A stretch of 64,000 nt of DNA, from the NCBI GenBank assembly GCA_965204675.1, contig OZ242003.1, positions 5,712,454 through 5,776,453 on the forward strand, given 5' to 3'. This document shows, one piece after another, positions 58,477 through 64,000 of this stretch. The notes beneath the pieces were generated by a model that did no database searches, was not told the origin of the DNA, and saw only the letters and a program-made list of their open reading frames with translations. The translations under genes were made by a program, and so were the position numbers. Source of the stretch: Vicinamibacterales bacterium. Its GTDB lineage: Bacteria; Acidobacteriota; Vicinamibacteria; Vicinamibacterales; UBA8438. How positions within the stretch are numbered: the stretch's first letter is position 1; every line of letters starts with the position of its first letter.

Positions 58477-59933
58477 CTCGACACGGTGCAACCTGTCTAC
58501 TGCTGGCCGCCTTCGTCGCGGCGGTCGCGGCCCCGGCCGCGGCCCAGAACGAGGTGGCGATGTTCGGGAACACGCCGTCGCGCAACATGGTGTCCGACGA
58601 GACCGGCGTCCCCGAGACCTGGGACCCCCGGTCGGGCGAGAACATCCTGTGGACCCAGCCGGTGGGCTCGCAGGCCTACGGCGGCCCCGTCGTGGCCAAC
58701 GGCAAGGTCTACGTGGGCACCAACAACGAAGGGGTCCGGAACCCCGCCTACCAGGGCGACATGGGCGTGGTGATGGCGTTCGACGCCGCGACCGGCGAGT
58801 TCGTCTGGCAGATGGTGCACGAGAAGCTGTCGGCGGGCCGGGTCAACGACTGGCCGCTGCAGGGGGTCTGCTCGACCGCGTTCGTCGACGGCGACCGCGT
58901 CTGGTACGTCTCGAACCAGGCCCACGTCATCTGCCTCGACGCCAACGGGCTCGCCAACGGCAACGACGGGCCGTTCACCGACGAGCCGGGCACCGACCCC
59001 ACCGACGGCGACATCATCTGGTCGTACGACATGATCGGCGAGCTCGACGTGTTTCCCCACAACCTCGCCACCGGATCGCCGCTCGTCATCGGCGACGTCC
59101 TCTTCACGGTGACGAGCAACGGCGTCGACGAGGGCCACGTCAACATCCCCTCGCCGTTCTCGCCCCACGTCATCGCCCTCGACAAGAACACCGGCGAGCT
59201 GCTGTGGGAGAACACCGACGTCGGCGAGGGAGTGCTGCACGGAAGCTGGACCAACCCCGCCTACGGGGTCATCCAGGGGCGCGCGCAGCTCATCGTCGCC
59301 GGGGGCGACGGCATCGTCTACAGCCTCGACCCCGACACCGGCGAGCAGCTCTGGCAGTTCGACTGCAACCCGCCGGACTCGGAGTGGATTCTCGGCGGGC
59401 GCGGCACCCGCAACAACATCCTCGCGACCCCGGTGATCTGGGAGGACAAGGTCTACGTGGGGGTCGGCCAGGACCCCGAGCACGGCGAGGCCCCCGGCCA
59501 CTTCTACGTCATCGACGCCACCGGATCAGGCGACGTCACCGACACCCACAAGGTGTGGAGCCGCGACGGCGAGGACTTCTACCGCACCATGTCGACGGCG
59601 GCCATCGCCGACGGCGTCCTCTACATCTCGAGCCTCTCGGGCTTCCTTCACGCGCTCGACCCGAACACGGGCGAGTACCACTGGACCTACGACACCTTCG
59701 CGGCCGTCTGGGGCTCGCCGTTCGTGGTCGACGGGAAGGTGTACCTGGGCGACGAGGACGGCGACATCGCGGTGCTGCGGGCGGGCACCGAGATGGAGCT
59801 GCTGGCCGAGGTCAACATGGGCGCCTCGGTCTACAGCACCCCGGTGGTGCGCGACGGCGTCATGTACCTGCTGACCCGCAACCGGCTGTGGGCGGTGCAG
59901 GCGGGCGCGCAGTCGGAGCCGCTGGGGAACTGA
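58473..59933 (+). CDS. PQQ-like beta-propeller repeat protein
   Basis: Signal MTRHGATCLLLAAFVAAVAAPAAA and repeats GEFVWQM, GDIIWSY, GELLWEN, GEQLWQF and GEYHWTY. The ATG at 58473 overlaps the upstream stop (ATGA). Confidence 0.88.
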   Translation: MTRHGATCLLLAAFVAAVAAPAAAQNEVAMFGNTPSRNMVSDETGVPETWDPRSGENILWTQPVGSQAYGGPVVANGKVYVGTNNEGVRNPAYQGDMGVVMAFDAATGEFVWQMVHEKLSAGRVNDWPLQGVCSTAFVDGDRVWYVSNQAHVICLDANGLANGNDGPFTDEPGTDPTDGDIIWSYDMIGELDVFPHNLATGSPLVIGDVLFTVTSNGVDEGHVNIPSPFSPHVIALDKNTGELLWENTDVGEGVLHGSWTNPAYGVIQGRAQLIVAGGDGIVYSLDPDTGEQLWQFDCNPPDSEWILGGRGTRNNILATPVIWEDKVYVGVGQDPEHGEAPGHFYVIDATGSGDVTDTHKVWSRDGEDFYRTMSTAAIADGVLYISSLSGFLHALDPNTGEYHWTYDTFAAVWGSPFVVDGKVYLGDEDGDIAVLRAGTEMELLAEVNMGASVYSTPVVRDGVMYLLTRNRLWAVQAGAQSEPLGN

Positions 59934-60019
59934 GCCCGGGGCGGATACCGGCGGGAAAGAACGACGGGCGCCCTGCCGCGGCCGACTCGGCGGCGACAGG
60001 GCGCCCGACTTGCGTACGG

Positions 60020-61015
60020 CTAGTCCTGTTGCTGCTGCTCCGCCGCGGCCCGCGCCTCCTCGGCGCGCGCGCCGGCGAGGATGTTGAACAGGCCGTAGTT
60101 CCCCTCGTGGCAGGCGTGCTCGAAGAGCGGCCCGCGCGACCTCTTCATGGGCATGTCGGCCGTCCAGGGACGGGCCCAGGTCGCCGGGTCCTCCACCGTG
60201 AACGTGTACAGGATGTCGTCGTCGGCCACCCGCGTGAACCGCTCGACCACGCGCATCCGGTCGCTGGACCCGCGGAACGGGTTCTTGCCGTTGATGTTGG
60301 TGGTCTCGACGACGAGCGTGTCGCCCTCCCACCGGCCCCGCGGCACCCCCATCCACTGCCGGGTCGCCTCCGGCGCCTGGGGACGGTCGTCGAGGGGGAT
60401 GATGCGCACGTTGTGAAGCTGCTCGAGCAGGATCATCACGTGGTCGCGGTTCTGCACGATGTGGAAGTTGGCGTTGTAGCCCGCGTTCAGCATGGGCGGC
60501 CCGGCGCTGCCGGTGATGATGCAGCGGGCGCCCAGCGGCAGGTTCTCGGCCCGGTCGTACTGGCCGCCCCTCGCCTCCCGCGCCGCCCGGCGTTCGGCGG
60601 CGCGCCGCCGCCCCTCGGCCGTCACCGGCGGGAGCCGCCCGTCCGGGGGGTCGACGATCAGCGACGTGCGCAGGTTCGACGTCATCGTGGACTGGCTGCG
60701 GTCGAGCCCGAACTGCGTGAAGTCGTAGTGCACGTCGGGAATCGTGCCCGGCGTGGTCAGCGACGACTCCCGGCCCGCCCTCCCCTGCCAGATGGCCGCC
60801 GCCTCCTCCTCGGTGTAGAACGCCTTGTCCACGTCCCGAGGCCGTTCCAGCGGCGTATAGGTCTGGTTCGTCCAGAACCCCTGGAGGTCGGGGTGGCCGT
60901 ACTCGGTGCGCGGGGCGACGTAGTCGCCCTGGGCGGCGGCCGGGCCGGCGGAGCACACGACGACCGCCGCGGCGGCGGCCAGGACGCCGATCGAGACGAG
61001 GGATTGTCGAGTCAC
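60020..61015 (-). CDS. Secreted conserved hypothetical protein (ACHEGNY-motif family), paralog 2
   Basis: GTG start at 61015 with AAGGAG 7 nt upstream. Signal VTRQSLVSIGVLAAAAAVVVCSAGPAAA; blocks IVDPPDGRLP, RIIPLDD, GRWEGDTLVVETTN, RVVERFTR and FEHACHEGNYGL. Confidence 0.8.
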   Translation of the reverse strand: MTRQSLVSIGVLAAAAAVVVCSAGPAAAQGDYVAPRTEYGHPDLQGFWTNQTYTPLERPRDVDKAFYTEEEAAAIWQGRAGRESSLTTPGTIPDVHYDFTQFGLDRSQSTMTSNLRTSLIVDPPDGRLPPVTAEGRRRAAERRAAREARGGQYDRAENLPLGARCIITGSAGPPMLNAGYNANFHIVQNRDHVMILLEQLHNVRIIPLDDRPQAPEATRQWMGVPRGRWEGDTLVVETTNINGKNPFRGSSDRMRVVERFTRVADDDILYTFTVEDPATWARPWTADMPMKRSRGPLFEHACHEGNYGLFNILAGARAEEARAAAEQQQQD

Positions 61016-61493
61016 GTGACGTCTCCTTGTCACCGCGTGAGGGGGCCGGCGGTCCCGCCCCCGGTGCACGATCACGACGGTTATACCAGATCGCGGACGG
61101 CGCGGCGCGCGCGACTCCGCGCGGCCGGTTCGGTGACCCTGCGATTCTCCGGCGTACCTGGGCGTGGCAGAGCCCCCCCGGTCCACAACAGCACGCTGAC
61201 CGCGTCTCACACAAGGAACCGTCGCTTGCATGTGCGAAGCCTGTGGGAGGGGCCCTCCCCTACGGGACGCCAGGAGCCTGCGCCGCGGAGCGCTCTCGGG
61301 CCAAGTCGGATCCTGCATGAAGGGGTTGGAATGCTCCCAATCCCTTCATGTTGGGGTGAGAATCTCCTGCGGCGCAGACTCCTGCCAATGTCCTGAACGG
61401 TGTGGTTCGCGGAACGTTCTTGCGCGTCACTTATCCTGTGTTTACAGACATTTACCGCGATTCAGAGCCTTCACGAACTTTACTGCCGGGACA

Positions 61494-63311
61494 CTAGTCC
61501 CGGGCCACGGGCACGAGCTCCGTCTCCCGGCGCTCCCCGTCGCGCATGAAGACGACGGCGGCCGGCTCGTCGGCCTTGAGCAGGTCGAGCGCCCCCATGT
61601 AGTCGTAGATGTTGCCCACGGTGACCCCGGCCATCCCGACGATGATGTCGCCCGCCTCGAGACCGGCCCGCGCGGCCGGGCCTCCGGCCATGACCCCCGA
61701 CAGGCGCAGACCCTCGATCTCGGCCCCGTAGTCGGGGATGGTGCCGGTGGTGATGCGGGTCATCGCCCGCCCCGGCTGCGCGGTCCGCTCGACCGCCACG
61801 AAGTCCGGGGGCGCGGGCTCGTCGACGAGGCGCGCCGCGACCGCTGCGCCGTAGCGGGCGGTCCGCTCGAGGTCGGGGAAGTTGATGGTGTCGGTGTCGT
61901 CGCTCGGGCGGTGATAGTCGGGGTGGCTGCCGGTAAACAGGGCCAGGCTCGGCACGTCGGCCTCGATGAAGCTGATCGAGTCGGTCGGCAGGTAGGGGTC
62001 GGTGACCCGCTGGAGATCGAACCCGAACGCGCCGTTGACCTCGTCGACCAGGCCCGGCCACACGCTGCTGCTGCCGAGCCCCTGCGCGGTCAGGGCGTTG
62101 TCGCGCATGCGCCCGACCATGTCGAAGTTGACGTAGGCGGCGACCTCGTCCATCGGCAGCGGTCCGTTCCTCGCGAACTCGGCCGAGCCCAGCAGGCCGA
62201 TCTCCTCGCCCGACCAGAAGGCCAGCACGACACCGCGCGCGCGCTCCCGGCCGGCCAGCTCGGCCCCCGCCGCGAGCACCGCGGCGACCCCCGACGCGTT
62301 GTCGTCGGCCCCGTTGTGCACCTCGCCGGCCGCGTCGGCCCCGGCCAGCGAGCCGCTCTCGCCGCGCCCGAGGTGGTCGTAGTGGGCGCCCAGCGCGACG
62401 TAGGGCTCGTCGTGCGGCTCCGCCGCCGTCGGCGGCAGATAGCCGACGACGTTGTAGCCGGTCCGCCGCTCTCGGCTCACGCGTGCGTCGACGGTCACCT
62501 CGACCGGAATCTCGAAGCCGGCCACGTGGGGGTTCCCGTCGTCGATCTCCCGCTGCGCGTCCTCCAGGGTCCGGTCCGCCACCCGCTCGAACAGCGCCTC
62601 GGCCACCTCGCCGGTCACGCTGACGGCGGCGATGCCGGAGTCGGCGACCGCCGCGTCCGCGGTCATCCGCACCAGCCGGCCCGCCCCCGGCGACCGGGGA
62701 CCGGTCACCACCAGCATGCCCAGCGCCCCCCGCTGGCGCAGCGCCGCCGCCTTGAAGCGGAGGTCCGAGTAACGCGAGAAGAGCGCCCGCAGGTCGCTCT
62801 CGCTGTCCTCGGGGAAGTACCGCAGCACCAGCACGACCTTGTCGGCGACGTCGAGGGTCGCGAAGCTGTCGTAGCTGAACCCGTCGGTCTCCGGTATCAC
62901 CAGCCCGTAGCCCGCGAACACCAGCGGCCCGCTGGCCGTCGTCGACTCCGAGAACGAGAGCCCGCGCACCGCGTCGGCGAAGTCCCGGCTCTGTCCGTCC
63001 GCGGTCTCGATCGTCAAGGTGCTTCCACCGTCGCGGGCCGAGCCGGTGTACTCGAACGGCAGGCGGTAGTCGCCGACCCCCGGCAGCGGCCCCGCTCCTA
63101 TCGCTTCCAGCTCGGCGATGATATGGTCGGCGGCCTTCCGGATGCCTTCGCTCCCCGTGAACCGCCCCTCCAGCTCGTCCGAGGCCAGGTACTCGACGTT
63201 GACCCGGATCGACGACGGCTCCCCGTCCGTCCCCGACTGGGCGTACGCCCCGCCCGACGCGAGGACCAACACCGCGAGCCCCACACCGACGACTGTTGCT
63301 ACCTTGGTCAT
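61494..63311 (-). CDS. M28 family metallopeptidase with a PA domain and a C-terminal PDZ domain
   Basis: NVVGYLPP, LGAHYDHLG, GADDNASGVAAVLAAG, WSGEEIGLLGSAEF, NFDMVGR and HPDYHRPSD. The C-terminus has GLRLSGVMAGGPAARAGLEAGDIIVGMAG (PDZ). Start at ATG 63311. Confidence 0.88.
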   Translation of the reverse strand: MTKVATVVGVGLAVLVLASGGAYAQSGTDGEPSSIRVNVEYLASDELEGRFTGSEGIRKAADHIIAELEAIGAGPLPGVGDYRLPFEYTGSARDGGSTLTIETADGQSRDFADAVRGLSFSESTTASGPLVFAGYGLVIPETDGFSYDSFATLDVADKVVLVLRYFPEDSESDLRALFSRYSDLRFKAAALRQRGALGMLVVTGPRSPGAGRLVRMTADAAVADSGIAAVSVTGEVAEALFERVADRTLEDAQREIDDGNPHVAGFEIPVEVTVDARVSRERRTGYNVVGYLPPTAAEPHDEPYVALGAHYDHLGRGESGSLAGADAAGEVHNGADDNASGVAAVLAAGAELAGRERARGVVLAFWSGEEIGLLGSAEFARNGPLPMDEVAAYVNFDMVGRMRDNALTAQGLGSSSVWPGLVDEVNGAFGFDLQRVTDPYLPTDSISFIEADVPSLALFTGSHPDYHRPSDDTDTINFPDLERTARYGAAVAARLVDEPAPPDFVAVERTAQPGRAMTRITTGTIPDYGAEIEGLRLSGVMAGGPAARAGLEAGDIIVGMAGVTVGNIYDYMGALDLLKADEPAAVVFMRDGERRETELVPVARD

Positions 63312-63640
63312 CTGTCCACTCTGCTCCATCCGCTGCCACGGACGCACGCCGACAGGCTCCACGCTTGCCCCGGCACAGACCCGGATCGTAGCGCGGCGAC
63401 GACTGGCTGCACAAGGCAGCCCGGCCGGTCCGCACGGACCGGCGACCGCCTCAGGCGATGCGGTCCCGACCGCGGGACCTCAGGGACGAGGATCCGAGCC
63501 GGGCGTCGGCGGCGCGCTCCCGTCGGGCGGCATGCTCCCGTCGGGAATGCGAAGACGCGGCTTCCGCACCGCCCGCCCCGCATTGTCCGGGCCTTCCCAC
63601 CGTGGTAGAGTCGGCCGAAACAGGCACAACGGGACGCTCC

Positions 63641-64000
63641 ATGAGGGCTGGACTCCTTGCGGCGGGCTGCGTGGCGGTGTTCGCGGCGAGCGCCTCGGGG
63701 CAGGCGACCGCCCCGGGGGCGTCCGCCACCGCCATGTCCGCGGCGGACGCGCGGGCGCTGCTCGACGAGTACTGCGTTCGCTGCCACAACCAGCGGTCGG
63801 CGATCGGGCGCGACACCGGCGTCATGTGGGACGTCGTCGACTTGGCCCGCGTCGCCGACCACGCCGAGGTCATCGAGCGGGGCGTGCGGCGGCTGCGGGC
63901 CGGCATGATGCCGCCGGCGGGCTCGCCGCGCCCGGACCCCGAGACCTATACCACGCTGACCGAGTGGCTCGAGTCCGAGCTCGACCGCCACGCGGTGCGC
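63641..64000 (+). CDS. DUF1587/DUF1592-type protein with an N-terminal CxxCH cytochrome-c-like motif (partial, continues past the window end)
   Basis: MRAGLLAAGCVAVFAASASG signal, LLDEYCVRCHNQRS, VIERGVRRLRAGMMPPAGSPRPDPETYTTLTEWLESELD. The frame is open to position 64000. Confidence 0.75.
   Translation, partial: MRAGLLAAGCVAVFAASASGQATAPGASATAMSAADARALLDEYCVRCHNQRSAIGRDTGVMWDVVDLARVADHAEVIERGVRRLRAGMMPPAGSPRPDPETYTTLTEWLESELDRHAVR

Overview
This is a very GC-rich bacterial chromosomal segment. Single 60-nt lines I counted by hand gave about 72% GC in backbone genes. About 55 protein-coding genes are supportable. I recognised no rRNA, tRNA, CRISPR array, transposase or integrase.

The protein families present suggest an Acidobacteriota-like soil bacterium; this is inference only. 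They include a VWFA-related acidobacterial-type protein and many secreted PD40/TolB, M28, PQQ-propeller, CBM9/DUF5916 and DUF1592-type proteins.

The backbone is housekeeping: topA, dprA, rplU-rpmA-obg-nadD-rsfS-comF, tmk, lysA, lpxC, uvrA, aat, apaG, pxpA, glcB, hflX and acs. These are interleaved with secreted hydrolases.

Three things stand out:
1. An accessory toxin-antitoxin/defence-like islet lies at about 33.15-37.8 kb. Its core is a translationally coupled ABC-type ATPase plus a small DUF4276/TOPRIM-like partner (34668-36511). This is my best candidate for an uncharacterised two-gene anti-phage module.
2. A dispersed hairpin-containing repeat family of about 83 nt sits at the 3-prime ends of at least 8 genes, always in the sense orientation of the upstream gene. 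In two cases it supplies the last codons and the TAG stop (rpmA, lysA). In one case it is translated as the Obg C-terminal tail.
3. Several smaller oddities were seen:
- An ECF sigma/STAS/small-protein operon has no recognisable anti-sigma factor.
- A 112-bp tandem duplication covers a gene's 3-prime end.
- hflX has no canonical start codon available before its conserved N-terminus.
- There are orphan or degraded toxin-antitoxin components.
- Some genes show leaderless-type TANNNT-N6-ATG starts.

Most of the long ORFs in the supplied track are off-frame or antisense artefacts of the high GC content and were rejected.
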